Shown: piece after piece, positions 40,201-59,439 of the stretch | Numbering within the stretch: the first letter of the stretch is position 1 | How the letters are laid out: the number at the start of each line of letters is the position of its first letter | Assembly: GCA_002633005.1 (NCBI GenBank) | Contig: NMRA01000021.1 | Span: forward strand, 532,922 to 596,921 | DNA length: 64,000 nucleotides | Source of the DNA: Phoronis australis | Taxonomy: Eukaryota; Animalia; Phoronida | Direction of reading: 5' to 3' | The notes under the pieces: generated by a model | Databases searched by the model: none | Told to the model about the DNA's origin: nothing | What the model saw: only the letters and a program-made list of their open reading frames with translations | Program-made: the position numbers and the translations under genes

Positions 40201-43120
40201 GATAGATGTCGTCATCGTCAACTGAGTGGAAAGTACTAAAGAGCTCAATGAAGGTGACTCACCTCTTCAATTAACAGTCAAGACAGACATTTACACATTA
40301 GACCCTGCGGCCATACTCCAGTCACAAGCCACTAGGAAAATGGAACTGCAGTGAGAAAATTGCCAACATTGGATATTTCTGAACTTTGAAAGTAAATAAA
40401 TATTCCTGGGTAAAACTAAGACATTAAATAAAGCAGCATTTTGTTTTAGACCACGTACTGCTACAAAATTTGCATCAGCTTTTTCCTTACACATGAAAAG
40501 TTATTTTTGTTCATGCAAAAAACTGTCAGTTCGTTATTCCAAGAGACCGTCCTCGGTGATGAAATCAAATGTACATTTAGGTCACAGTTATTAGAAACCA
40601 GCCGGGATAATAAAACAAAGTTCATCATAGACCCTAACATAAAGTCTAAGTTATTACATGTCTACTTATACAAGGATCAACTAACCAGACATCATGCTAA
40701 TGAACAATCCAGTCAAATTTTAAAGGCTGATTGAATGTAATAACAGCCAGCAGACTAACAACCGTACGCAAAATTGAATTTTAGACATTTCGTGGAGCAC
40801 TTACCCCATCAAGACCCAAATGCCACGACTTAAATGCCCATACCAAAAGACCATGTTTGCCGCAAGCTTGCAGCAAACATGCCGCAAGCTTGCGGCAATG
40901 ATTGCGGCTGGGTTGCAAGAAATTTGCATCCACACTTTGGTCAGAGTTGATTCTACGTGTTTGCGGCTGGTTTGCAGAAACTTTTGCAGCAAGCTTGCGC
41001 CAAGTGTTTGCAGGAAGGCTTTTTTTGGTATGGGTGGTTCAGTTCATTCCAAGCCGAGAAATCTCACCAATTTTGACTAAGGGACAATTTGAGACCAGTT
41101 TCATAAAGATAAGTGAAAGTCAACAATTCATTTTTTGAGACAGAGGACAGGCTTACACCCAAAATTTATGTCTAGTTAATTTAGTACAACTGTCTAATAT
41201 CATCAATTTCACCCAGGTTCAGAACTTCCACAGCAGTATGCCAATTAAGTTGTCGCCAATTTGTTTACTTTATTCCATGACATATTATGTGCTTAATAGC
41301 TTGTGGCCACAAATTTATTAATTGGTCTTCTCACATCAACTCTCAGCTGCATGTGTTAAAAAGGTCATAACCTTGGCAAATCACCATCGCTGACGGTTTA
41401 ACTTCATTATCCTTTTAAATATTTTCACAAAAATGTAGTTGAAAGTATCACAATAAATAAAATGTTTTCCGCAGACACATGCCACACAGTGCCATGTGTT
41501 CAATGTTATGCAGCAGCTTATCCACTCACAGTTGGTTGTCGGATCTATCACTAATAGCCATCCCTACTAAAAGTCATGTTCAGAGCCTGGGCGACATGTC
41601 AGGCCTGAGCAAAATTTTGGGCAAAGTATGGTTCTTAAGTTGACTAGGTAACTGATTAATGTGAGTGGTATATTTGACAGGACGCATTAAAGAGTTAACT
41701 GTTGAATACCTGGTTGTGGCTGTTCTTGAACTGTCTGCGACTCTAACAATGACTGAACAGCAAGAGCTGTTTGGTTATCAACACCAGCTGAAACGATGAA
41801 CCAAAGTTAGATCAGTAGCATATATAACAGGAGTTTTGATTCCACACAGGATTTTTACCTGGAATGATTACTGACTGTTAATATGACAATTAATCGGCAT
41901 CTATTTACCAACTGATCGCTACTTCACATGTTCTGTCAGTAAATATGACCACCTACGGACTTCATAGTTTCAAATATCTCTCCCCTAAATTAAGGAACTC
42001 TCTAGACGCCATGAAAAGTTTAGACAGCTTATCATCCTTTAAGAGTTGTGCAAGAAAACTAAAACTATGCAGACACTCTGCTGTAAACATGTTAATTATA
42101 TGTTCTTTATATAGTTAGTCCTCGTAAACTTCATGTAAATATCCGTCCTCCCATATACCGTACCTTTATTCACTTGTAAAGTTTACCATTCACAATGTAT
42201 AACACTACTTTTAGTATTCATACAGTCATTGTAAATACTGTTGCAACTCTTGCTTGGCATCCACTGCCATGGGCTAATGTTCACAGTAGGCTTCTTGCTT
42301 TTTTTGGGTATACGTAAATATGATGTATGGTCCATTGTGAAATATAAAATGGCAAAAACAATTGATTGAAGTAATGACATACGATATGGACAAAAATAAA
42401 TCTGAGTCAGTGTTGCAAGTACACACGTGCTTAAGTTACCGAAGAGATGCTCTGTTTGAACGTGTAATTTTACGTGAAGGCATTATTTATTGTTATGATA
42501 TTCATTGATTAACATCGACCACTAGAAACATTTTCATCAGTGTAAAAAATGTCATTATTGACCCACTATCACCATCTCCTCTTTACCGGAACTTGTATCA
42601 ACTTGTGTCAGAAAATCGGAGGGATGAGTCCACGGTTAATCAATTGTTGTTTGGTGAATAAGGTTATTTCTTTCGCTCCTGTATCAGATACGATGATTTG
42701 TTTACAGCTGTGCCATACACAATACACACCCAAATTTGGCATTTGGGTGCTGTTCCACTAGTCACCCTCGCGAATGGTTAGTAAAACTGCAACACGTAAA
42801 CCAGTATACGTCGCCAAAAGAATGGGATGGAAATCGTTTTCCAATACCCTGATAAGATAAATATGCTCGATGTAACTTTTGTTTACGTTCAGTCAAAGAG
42901 AATTTTTCGAAAAACACAATATTGCGGGATCCCCCGTAAAAAACAATAAAAATGAACTAAAGGTCTAAAAATTATGATAGATGCTTCTGAATTTAACAGA
43001 ATATGGTCAAACAGTGTTTGTTGATTAAGACCTTAAATTATAGACTCCCTGAGAGACTCAGATTTATCAGAATAAAATCAAAAACCAACCAGCTAAAGCT
43101 TCGAACAAAGCCTGCGCCAT
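31261..43120 (-). CDS. ZNF341: Zinc finger protein 341 orthologue, 12 coding exons, about 894 aa, about 12-13 C2H2-type fingers
   Basis: Exons 43090-43120, 41710-41787, 40007-40221, 39037-39156, 38060-38324, 37215-37510, 36668-36916, 35629-35828, 34522-34682, 33600-33800, 33010-33223, 31261-31915, all GT-AG and in frame. Diagnostic N-terminus [109 protein letters not shown]. Confidence 0.95.
35000..35150. repeat. GA-rich polypurine low-complexity tract in a ZNF341 intron
   Basis: GAGA/GGGA/GGAA runs; a similar tract occurs at 63955-64000. Confidence 0.8.
38981..39015. repeat. (CA)n/(CACG)n microsatellite
   Basis: acacacacgcacgcacgcacacacacacacacac, seen directly. Confidence 0.9.
40837..41034. 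mobile_element. Palindromic MITE in ZNF341 intron 2
   Basis: TIRs CCCATACCAAAA...TTTTGGTATGGG; interior built of GCAAGCTTGC/GCAAAC inverted units. Confidence 0.6.
41860..42090 (+). mobile_element. LINE (CR1/L2-like) ORF2 C-terminal fragment in ZNF341 intron 1
   Basis: Translates as [36 protein letters not shown], matching the typical xYGxxSFxYxxxKLWNSL...SLxxFK end of CR1/L2 ORF2. Confidence 0.55.
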
Positions 43121-43251
43121 TTTCTACAACAGCCAACAGCCACAGTTCCCGGATGTTAGAAGTAGCCCCCTCTTTTGGGACTATTGTCAATCGGCAGAGG
43201 GCACTGTTCAGGTCCTGGACCATTTCTCTCCCATTTCTCTTCTTCGGTCGA
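43121..43251. promoter_or_regulatory. Bidirectional promoter shared by ZNF341 (-) and MDP1 (+)
   Basis: The start codons diverge 131 bp apart. A YY1-like CGCCATTTT overlaps the ZNF341 ATG and an ETS-like CCGGATGT lies at about 43149-43156. No TATA box. Confidence 0.8.
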
Positions 43252-50157
<6,906 letters not shown>

Positions 50158-52398
50158 TGATGGATTTTTGTTGGTGTTTGTATAGTATGCTTCATTTATA
50201 TCATTTTGTATCACCTCATCTTGTCCCATCATTCCAACTTTGCTGCTCGTGACTTCCAATTGCGCTCAGTCACCATGATGACAGGGAATTTTGCTTTTGC
50301 TCACTTATCACTGTTGTAAATCTACTGACACCATGTCAGTTTGCACTTTGCAGCACGTTTGTGCATATTTTTTGTTTAATTCTTTTGGCTCTACTTCTTA
50401 GAAAAACATGAGAGTTTGAAACTGAGGCGTGGCTTTTCACATCACGTTATTCTATGCTCCAGTCATGGTGTCGAGCAACAATTAACTGTCATTTTTCCAA
50501 GCCTAGAAAACCTGTCTCGCATGAGTTTTGGACAGGGGATCCGATTTCTACTGTTGTAAGGATTCTTAATGAAAAATTAGCTTCTTGGATGGCACACGTT
50601 TATGGGCACAATACATGAATGTAACATGTAGCTCCTGGTGCTTCAGGTATGTTAACCTGATGTTCTCTCTATGTGGAATTTTGCAGCAGCCCAGACTTGA
50701 GTTATTGTTGATTGTAAGAATTTTATTTCAAAAACGGTGAGCAGCCCCAACAGTAACTTAATGGATTCACAGATAATTGTGTCACTAAATTCCATCAGAC
50801 ACCTAACGTGCGTTACAAATCTTTAGACACACTCATGCAGAATTACCAAATTCCAGTCTGTGGTATCAGAATCCATGACCGGTCATTTTAATTTCATCTG
50901 CGATTTGATACAGGGTGTGGAGCATGTTCGGTTTGTGTGAAGTTAAGGGTACCCGCAGCTTGGTCTGGGGATTAGGACCCCGGTGTATGCTGGTAGGGGA
51001 CTAGAGATAAGGATATCGGTCATGGAATTGTTTCCGACTGCTGGAGTTCACATCATGTTTGTGTTAGGTGTTGTCAGGTCCCTTTCATTGGGGTTCAAGC
51101 TAAAATAATTGCAGTGGTATTTCCTCATCTCATTACCAGAGATGAAAATAAAGAGCCAGGTTGGCGAAATAATTACATTTAGTATGACATAATACAGAGA
51201 AAGAATAGGGTTGAGTGAAAATATAATCTCTAGTAACATGGGCAATGAACTTAACCAATTACGTTTAGCGGGGATCAAAATGTACCAATGTTTTGGTACT
51301 TCAAGTTCAAAACTTAGATAAAAAGTTAAGCCGTTCCGGGTAAGAATAAAAAACAAGTGGGCAGAAGCATTAAAAATTAAATAAAGAAAACCAATATGAA
51401 ACTTATCGTTCCTTTGGGAAGTGGCCCTTTGTGAAGATAAACAAAAGTTAACCTTTTTAGTCATTTTGTAATATTTATAATGTACCAAGTTAAAACTACT
51501 CTCCAGAGTTTCAGGCTATAACTGGGAATGTCAGAGAAAACAAAAATTGGGGGCACTAACAACAACCATTGTAAAACAGTAATGCTAGCTATTACCTTTC
51601 CACTGCATTAGCTCAGATCTACTTCAATACAAAGGGCGTGCTGAATAGGCATCATAAAAGTTGTGTGGGGCTTAGGGAATCTGAGTGGTCACCAGTGTAA
51701 GCGAGAAAAACTCCTGACCACGTTTTCCACAAAAAGTTATTGTAAATTATGTTTTTAATCTATTAGCTACAGATAGATGGGTGTCTGAGGGTGTCTTTTA
51801 ATTACCTTTAGCCCCAGACCTTGACGTTTTTTTTTCAAATGTGGACCTCTTTGTCAGTTTTTGGGTAAAAGGAGTAAAAAGAAAATCTTTGAAACACTTT
51901 TGAAAGAAACAGAAACAGAACTCTCATACAAAAAGTTTATGTTCGCGGAAATTGGAAATCTCGCTGAAAAATAAAGATCAATACACAGTCACATAATTAC
52001 GAACGCTGATGGACTTCTGTGAACATCTGCTGAAGATTTCAAAAGTATATTTTGGGTGTGGGTTATGCCTAAAATTTTGATCCTCGGTAGGAAAATATCA
52101 CGGTCTCTTCATGATCTAAGTATTCTCATAGGAGTGCAGTGACTTCTCGGCCACTAGTTATTTGGTACAAAAAATAATTGTCAAAATTGTCATTTTCCAT
52201 TTTTCAGAGGTCATGATTATCTTGGGGAAACTTTACCAAATGTTGATGTACTGATGACGTCACAGTATGAACCGTGTTAATAATAGACTAAATTTCCTTT
52301 TATCATTATTTTGTGGAGAAATTTGACAATGATAAAATTTCATTCGTCAGTATTAAAAGTGTGCTTTATAAATGAAGAGTTACCGTACCTCTTTTTCA

Positions 52399-52539
52399 GC
52401 CTCCCGTTCAGTAACGCTAGGACCTCGCTAAAAAGCAAGACTTCGTGAGATTACATGAGATATTGCTGTGTACTTGAAATGACTTCGGCTAGTTTTAGCA
52501 AGGTGCTAGCGTAGGTCCTAGCGTTACTGAACGCACGCC
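52399..52539. mobile_element. MITE family A, copy 2
   Basis: GCCTCCCGTTCAGTAACGCTAGGACCTCGCTAAAAAGCAAGACTTCG...GGTCCTAGCGTTACTGAACGCACGCC, the reverse complement of 409-561. Confidence 0.75.
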
Positions 52540-52777
52540 AGGCTTAATTCTTACATTGTAGCTGATCTGTAATTTGGTTGTGAAACCATCTTGTTATATT
52601 TATATAGCATGACTGTGTGTCCATGTGTTTTTGAATGATTCTTTTCATTGTTATGTGATGTTATTGGACAGTGATTGCGTTATACTTCAAGTTCTGTCGC
52701 GAGAAGGCGTCTTTCACTGTAGCGTCTTCCACTGATTTTCCCGCATTCAAGTCAGTTGCTGCATCTACAGTACAAAA

Positions 52778-52998
52778 CAAAAGTATTCAGACAAAATGCC
52801 TTTTCCCGTCGTGACGGCTAATCTTGTTAACAGCAAAATGACATGTAATAACTAGCTATATTAGGGCGGCAAAATTCTAATTACAAAATGGCTTGTATTG
52901 GCCACAATCCCCTTCATTTATGAGAGAAGAATACTCTAACCAGCGATGAATTCGGCTTCCGCGGAGAATTCGGGGTCATTTTGTCCGAATACTTTTGA
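52778..52998. mobile_element. MITE family D copy
   Basis: TIRs CAAAAGTATTC(A/G)GACAAAATG. Related copies at about 16989-17232 (inverted), about 21051-21268 and about 33300-33540, sharing ACTCT(A/G)ACGATGAATT...GGTCATTTTG. Confidence 0.65.
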
Positions 52999-53900
52999 CT
53001 TTAATATTATATCATGTGCCTGTTCGGTAGACTAAATAATCTTACGAAAACGAAAGATCACGCAATTTTTCGCGAAATATTGCCATCATTTTGTTTGACA
53101 AGCAAAGCACGTGGGCATTATGCCTGCAAAATTCTTGCGATCTGTCCAAGCCTAGAATCTGTTGGCCCATAAAGAAACAAGCGAAAGGAAAGGTCGCCTA
53201 AGCCTTCGTGAGATATCGCCATGCATGACGTGATCAAGTTTACTCGTCAAGTTCTTGGTCTACTGAATACCGCTCATAGCGAGTCATAGTGAGCGCGGAA
53301 TTAAATCTTTTTGACATGATGTACATGTACTAGCAGGTCTCTGTTGCTGTGACCCGTTGTCAGAACTAAAATAGTTAATGAATAATTGTATATTTTTATA
53401 TTTCATGTGGCTATTTAATTCAGTAAAAGATATTAAATACTCAATGATACTAAATTTGTTTGACTTTCTTCTCTGTGATGGGTGATAGAGAAGCGTGATC
53501 GCGTGTTGTCAGAAATTTATCTCGTCCATGTTCGGCAAGCATGATTGGGTGAGGCTGGGTGAGGCTGGGTGAGGCTGGGTGAGGGGGGGGGGAGGGGGAG
53601 CTAGACGGAGATTGTAGGGCAGTTGAATATTAATTGCCCGGGATAATCACTGAGCTTTTTCCTGCCTTGGGTCGAGCTCAGGGTCGAGATTGAATCGTTC
53701 GAGTGTCCTGATGACAAATGGGAACACGACTGGAGAATTTCTTTGCACAGCCACTTATCGGGAGAGTGCTCAACTTGTTGCATTCGCTGCAGGAGCGTTT
53801 AAGTAGCTGTCTCAAATCTGTCAGTCATTAAACAGGGTAAATTGGAATTGTCTGGCGGTCGGCCACGTGCTGTTCGACACACAGCCAGAGATGCATGCCA

Positions 53901-54081
53901 TATATATATAAGATCAGTGTCGTGGCAATGGGACTTGTCACTCCGAACGGAAAAAGACTGCCAGTTTATTTGTAAAGAACGAGAAGGTTGCTGATTTCAA
54001 ATATCCTTTCAAGTTTCCAGGCAATGCTGTCAGATATTTGCTGTGCCCGCAACTTGGATCCGGTGACCCGCACTTCCTGGT
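53901..54081 (+). promoter_or_regulatory. Putative TATA promoter and non-coding first exon of the GT31 gene
   Basis: TATATATATAAG at 53901-53912, Inr-like TCACT about 30 nt downstream, strong donor GTAAGT at 54082. The GT31 coding exon has an acceptor that needs an upstream UTR exon. Inference only. Confidence 0.4.
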
Positions 54082-54772
54082 GTAAGTTTTAATTGTTAAA
54101 ACTTAAAATATTTCGTTCACGAGTGCCTTTAATTAGTATTGAGGCTCAAATACAGAGACGGTAGTGCAATTAAGTTGAGTAATCGTAGCGCGAAAAATGA
54201 CAAAAACGAATTTAAAGGCAACTTGTTCTCATTTTGTTCCCACTCGGATTAGAATTACCTCTAGGCAGGAGAATAACTGACTGGTCGTTATTGCTTCAGA
54301 TCACGTCCATTAGCATAGCTATATGTGTAACCCCTTTTTCAAAAAAATACGTGCAACAAAATATGTGGGAGTTTCAAATAAATTAAATTTCATACCAAAT
54401 AGTTATTTTGTTTTCCAGTGAAAAACACCGTTTTTGGAAATGCTGAGTGGAAAACGCCGTTCTTGAAATGGTATGTCATCAACATGCTTGGCTGATTTTG
54501 TTTACGTGCGGTCTGTAAATCATTTCAAATCTCGCGTCAAAGTTATACCACAATGCAAAAACCCTAGAGTTCGCCAACCCACTTTGCCGAGTGAGTCAGC
54601 TGTCTGTTAAGTCATTTCTGGAATTTTTATGCGTAAGAGTCAGTCTATGAAGAAAAACGTGTCCGAATACTAAGTGATATACATGTAGACCGACAGCATG
54701 CGAAGATCGATTCCCCGCTGTAGTCGCAGTCAAGTTCAGTCCCGAAGCGGCCTGCAACTGAAGTTCATTGAC

Positions 54773-55761
54773 CGAACGCAGGGTCGTCTGGAGACAAAAA
54801 TATTTATCATAGCGTCATTGTAGATAAGCTATTGCAAGTTACACTTTTAAAAATACAATGAATCAGCTCTAACAGGCTTACAAGCCACCTTTATAGTGAA
54901 AAAGAAATAACATGCTCATGCCTACTTGACAACACTAACTATAAAAACGGCGTGTCGGAGTGAGCGGAAGGGTGGCAGTTCTTTGGCACTTGAAGCTTCA
55001 GTTACTTGCACTGCGTTCCTTAAACGCAAGACACTAGCGACGAGAAATCCACGGTTATTGAAAGGAAAAGTAAATTTTACTCTATATTTCTACATTTCGG
55101 ACAGGCAAACCTAGATCTATTTAGTGACCACCATTTTACTAGTGTGCGAGACTGGGGCATACTGTCTCGCGTTATACCAGCTTTCACTGTGATTTTGCGG
55201 GGATTTCGCTTTTTGCGAGTGCATTGCGTCTAAAGTGCACATCCATTTTGTGCCATTTGGTTCGNCGAACGCAGGGTCGTCTGGAGACAAAAATATTTAT
55301 CATAGCGTCATTATAGATAAGCTATTGCAAGTTACACTTTTAAAAATACAATGAATCAGCTCTAACAGGCTTACAAGCCACCTTTATAGTGAAAAAGAAA
55401 TAACATGCTCATGCCTACTTGACAACACTAACTATAAAAACGGCGTGTCCGTTGGAGTGAGCGGAAGGGTGGCAGTTCTTTGGCACTTGAAGCTTCAGTT
55501 ACTTGCACTGCGTTCCTTAAACGCAAGACACTAGCGACGAGAAATCCACGGTTATTGAAAGGAAAAGTAAATTTTACTCTATATTTCTACATTTCGGACA
55601 GGCAAACCTAGATCTATTTAGTGACCACCATTTTACTAGTGTGCGAGACTGGGGCATACTGTCTCGCGTTATACCAGCTTTCACTGTGATTTTGCGGGGA
55701 TTTCGCTTTTTGCGAGTGCATTGCGTCTAAAGTGCACATCCATTTTGTGCCATTTGGTTCG
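54773..55761. repeat. Near-identical about 0.5-kb direct duplication across a single N (54773-55264 / 55266-55761), likely assembly artefact
   Basis: The copies abut at N 55265 and differ by a SNP (ttgtag/ttatag) and a 4-bp indel. Confidence 0.85.
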
Positions 55762-56250
55762 AATAGTACTATAGGTTTCTCCTTTGAAGCCATGTAGCTG
55801 GGCATATAATATTTTTAAGGTTAAACAATTCAGTATATGATTTAATCTGATTTTAGGCAGGAACATCGATTTAATTTGGCCTTGCTTTCGGGACACTGTC
55901 TTCGTCTGACTTTTCTACCAGTAAACCTAAACATTCCGGACTGGTAAACCTATCACTTCTGTTACCGACATTTTCCTAATGTACTCAACTAAAATCACAA
56001 GTGTACTCGCGCGACACCCGCTTTTCTCTCGCTTGATTTTGCAGCATTTTGTTTGTTTGCGCGTCTCACGTCTACGGAATGCACCCAGTTTTGTGCCATC
56101 ATATTTCGAATAGTATTAAGTTTCTCATTGGGAGCCATGGTGCTCGGGTTAATAATTTTCATTATGACTTTTTTTGATTTGAGGCAGGAACAGGTTGATT
56201 TAATTTGGGTTTGCTTTTTAGGGCACACGGTCTACGTCTGACTTTTCTGG
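55660..56250. repeat. Old diverged tandem duplication (about 55660-55916 versus about 56005-56248)
   Basis: Colinear blocks TGATTTTGC, TTTTGTGCCAT, TTCGAATAGTA, AGCCATG, AGGCAGGAACA, GATTTAATTTGG and CGTCTGACTTTTCT occur in both units. Confidence 0.7.
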
Positions 56251-57323
56251 CAGCAGAACTAAACTAAGATCCGGACATATAAGATTGTGTCATGTTAGGC
56301 TACTCATGAAGCATTAGCGTACCTCAATCAAAACAGTATTTTGACTTTCATGCCGTGGTCTTTCCAATGGCTCCTTACAATACACAAAAAATTGCTTGTT
56401 TGTTTTATTTTTAGGTAATATTGTGAGGCAAACCTTTTAAACATTTTGAAATATTTTGTGAAACTTGAATCACTCCTGCCAAAACTGAAGTTGCTGACGA
56501 CGCAGGCTACACAGCAAGCTTGAGTATGTTTTGCTAACCAGGATTTTATCCACCGGTTTATCATTTTTGGCAAAATATCGTAAGTTGGCTGAGTCTTCAC
56601 GTTTTCTCAGTAGCTGGACTAAGAGAATTACCATCTGGTACGTTGTTTAAAACGCATTATGCGGGCATTCCTATAACATTTTCTGTTTTAGTCAATACTC
56701 CAGAGTGGCTTTGGAACTCGAACTGCTTCCATGCGGAGTCTCGCACGACAAGAAAACAGTAGATTATTAGACGGCACCTGTTTCATTGACCTTTTCTGCA
56801 AGCTCGAAAGTTCGACGTCAGCGAGTGGTTAATTTAAGTGCGTACATGTACTTGGTGAATTATTACGAAGACAACGTTCAATTGGCATGCGTGCATTGTT
56901 CCCTCGATGAAACAGTGAGAGGCAATAATTACGTTACCGCATAAAATTAAGAACTGAGTGGATATTCGTGAAAGCTTGGAATCTTATTGACAGAATTGGG
57001 GCAGTCAGGAATAGACTCGGTCGACGTCCCTCAAGTGCGTCGAATGAGAGATATGAGAATGCGAGACAATATTAAGTCCACTGCAACACTTGCGTTGGAA
57101 TAATTTTCAAGTGTGCAAATATGTAACTTGAGGAAACAACGGAACTGTGCTCAAGTGATGTCAGCAGACATACGATTTCTTCACTTGACTTGAATACTGG
57201 CAGTTACGTGGAATTTGGAATGGCAGCTCAATGTCATACGAAATCAATATAGCTAACAAAGTTTCATCGAACGTTCTAGCAGTTAGCACGGATTACTGAT
57301 GGTTTAATTTTTGTTTTAGCGTG

Positions 57324-58460
57324 ATGAGAGTTAAGCTTGCCAACTTGGCAAAGATTTGTATTTCTATTTTTGTTTTCGTGACTCTGTATGGTGCTCTGAA
57401 CACATACGTGTACCACAATCAGCACAGAGGTGATTCAGCCAACGCGCTGTTTCAAGACAGAGAAAATATATTGTCTTCCCTTGTGCAGTTTGATCAACAC
57501 GTCGATCTTACTTCGCCGAGGTTCAATCTCTCCAAAAGACTTCTACCTCATTCGTTAGTTCCTCGAAATGCAACAAAATGGCAGTATGAAGGAATGGTCT
57601 TCCTTAATCACCAGTTTCCATCAATTCCAGTGAACTACTCGATAGAAAACAAACACGTGTGCTTGAAACATAAACAAATTCACATCTTGATTTACGTTCA
57701 TTCGTCGCCTCAAAATTTCGACCGCAGGGAAGCTTTGCGCAATAGTTGGACTAACGGAAGTGTTTATATTCGAAACAACTTAACTGTGGCGGCAGTGTTT
57801 CTTTTGGGAAAACCAGAAAACGAGGTCATTCAGAGAAAAATTCTACAAGAAAACGCACTTCATAACGACATTGTACAGGGTGATTTCATCGATCGATATC
57901 GCCATCTAACCACGAAGGCCATACTAGGGATACAATGGATTACAGAAAACTGCCCCAACGCAGAATATATTTTAAAAACAGACGACGACGTTTTTGTAAA
58001 CCTCTCTAGTTTACTAAAAGGTCTTCGATTCGGCAGAAACAAACCTAAGCGGTTGCTAATGTGCAATGTTTGGCAGGAAGGAGCGATGTCTATACTTCGC
58101 AACCCGTGGACATGTAAAAAATGGTGCGTCACAGAGACAGCGTTTTACGGTAGTGCTAAATATCCTCGCTACTGCGCAGGATTGTCGTTTTTCATGACTG
58201 CGGATATAATTCCAACGATGTTCTATATTGCTGGATCAACGCCTTATTTCCCCATAGACGACATTTTTGTAACAGGAATGTTACCGAGAGGAATCAAGAA
58301 CATGAATTATCTGGATATTGGCAAAAAATATCACCTTTCACCAAATAACAAAGTAGAAACGTTGAAAACTATTGTCTCAACTAAAGCAATTGTGCATGAC
58401 AGGGATTACAGGAATATGAAATTGCTATGGGAAACAGTGAATAGAAAGAAAAATCAATAG
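57324..58460 (+). CDS. Beta-1,3-galactosyltransferase family (CAZy GT31, B3GALT1/5-like) type II Golgi membrane protein, single coding exon
   Basis: Uninterrupted ORF with N-terminal TM anchor (ICISIFVFVTLYGAL), HSSPQNFDRREALRNSW, DIVQGDFIDRYRHLTTK, DxD motif KTDDDVFVN, YPRYCAG and PIDDIFVTG. A splice acceptor (ttttgttttag, ends 57319) lies just before the ATG at 57324. The paralogue cannot be assigned. Confidence 0.92.
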   Translation: MRVKLANLAKICISIFVFVTLYGALNTYVYHNQHRGDSANALFQDRENILSSLVQFDQHVDLTSPRFNLSKRLLPHSLVPRNATKWQYEGMVFLNHQFPSIPVNYSIENKHVCLKHKQIHILIYVHSSPQNFDRREALRNSWTNGSVYIRNNLTVAAVFLLGKPENEVIQRKILQENALHNDIVQGDFIDRYRHLTTKAILGIQWITENCPNAEYILKTDDDVFVNLSSLLKGLRFGRNKPKRLLMCNVWQEGAMSILRNPWTCKKWCVTETAFYGSAKYPRYCAGLSFFMTADIIPTMFYIAGSTPYFPIDDIFVTGMLPRGIKNMNYLDIGKKYHLSPNNKVETLKTIVSTKAIVHDRDYRNMKLLWETVNRKKNQ

Positions 58461-59439
58461 AAAGCATTTAACTCGTCTGAAAAGCCCGTTGTTGTCTTTT
58501 GACTGTCTTCGTGGAAACTCGTGACCCCGGCTTCTGACTGACAGCACACTCGCGTCAGTCATTGTCGCTGACAATATCCTCTGACGAAAATCGGCTGGTG
58601 TGTTGCTACTGCCGACATTATTCCCAACAACATTGCAAACTGGCGTGTTAGAGCCGGTGTCGTTGGACGTACTGCCGGCGTGTCTGACAATGTAGTGAAC
58701 CGTTTTCCTTTATTCCATGCACTGACGGGGACCGGCTTGCACGTTTCGCATTGCTATACGACTTAGTATGACAGTGTGAAAGAGGCAGCGCGCTTAGCAT
58801 GTAAGTCTTCTCAGTGGGGCTGGTAACCACGGGAACGGGAAGCTTAGTTACGATACCTCTTCTTTGACTACTTTCTCATGGGCGGCGCAGCACTGAAAGT
58901 GAAGGAGATCCTCCAGCCCCCTATGGTGCGCCTCCCATGTCAGTTTCTGGGTGGGTAATCGTTTGTTTTGATGTTTTCCATAGCCATGATTATAGCCGCT
59001 GTCGGTCCTCATTTTTAAACTTATACATTTCAATGGAATGTAAATTTTAAATGTGGCCAATTCTTCAAATTAGACATAAAATGGGACATAATTATCCACC
59101 ACCTTCCACACGGGCATGGTCTCGTGCTACCTTATATTTTACATTGTATTGTAACAACCTGGGGTGGCGTAGCGTATGCTCATAAATTGTGATGGAAACA
59201 ATAAATACACATGGGTTGCAACGTGCAGTTTTCTTATTTTGCACATTAGAATTTACCTGGTGATGGATTTTGGAACTACTATTGCCGCCATAGTAATATT
59301 GTTAACGAAATTGCAAACATAAATGCATTACCAAACTGATAACGCCGTCAGTTAAGTTGACAACCTATTTACACATCTTTCGTATGTGTCATTGAAAGCG
59401 CTTGATTCTCCAAAACGCGCCGTTTAAAATACACGTAGA

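Noticed and set aside
51048-51488. Hydrophobic 146-aa ORF, weakly similar to the ORF at 62954-63187
   Set aside because: The hydrophobicity reflects AT-rich antisense composition; the similarity is better explained by a shared non-coding repeat.
58848-58955. Exon-like plus-strand stretch LRYLFFDYFLMGG...|gtaatc
   Set aside because: No clear acceptor or partner exons and no recognisable homology.
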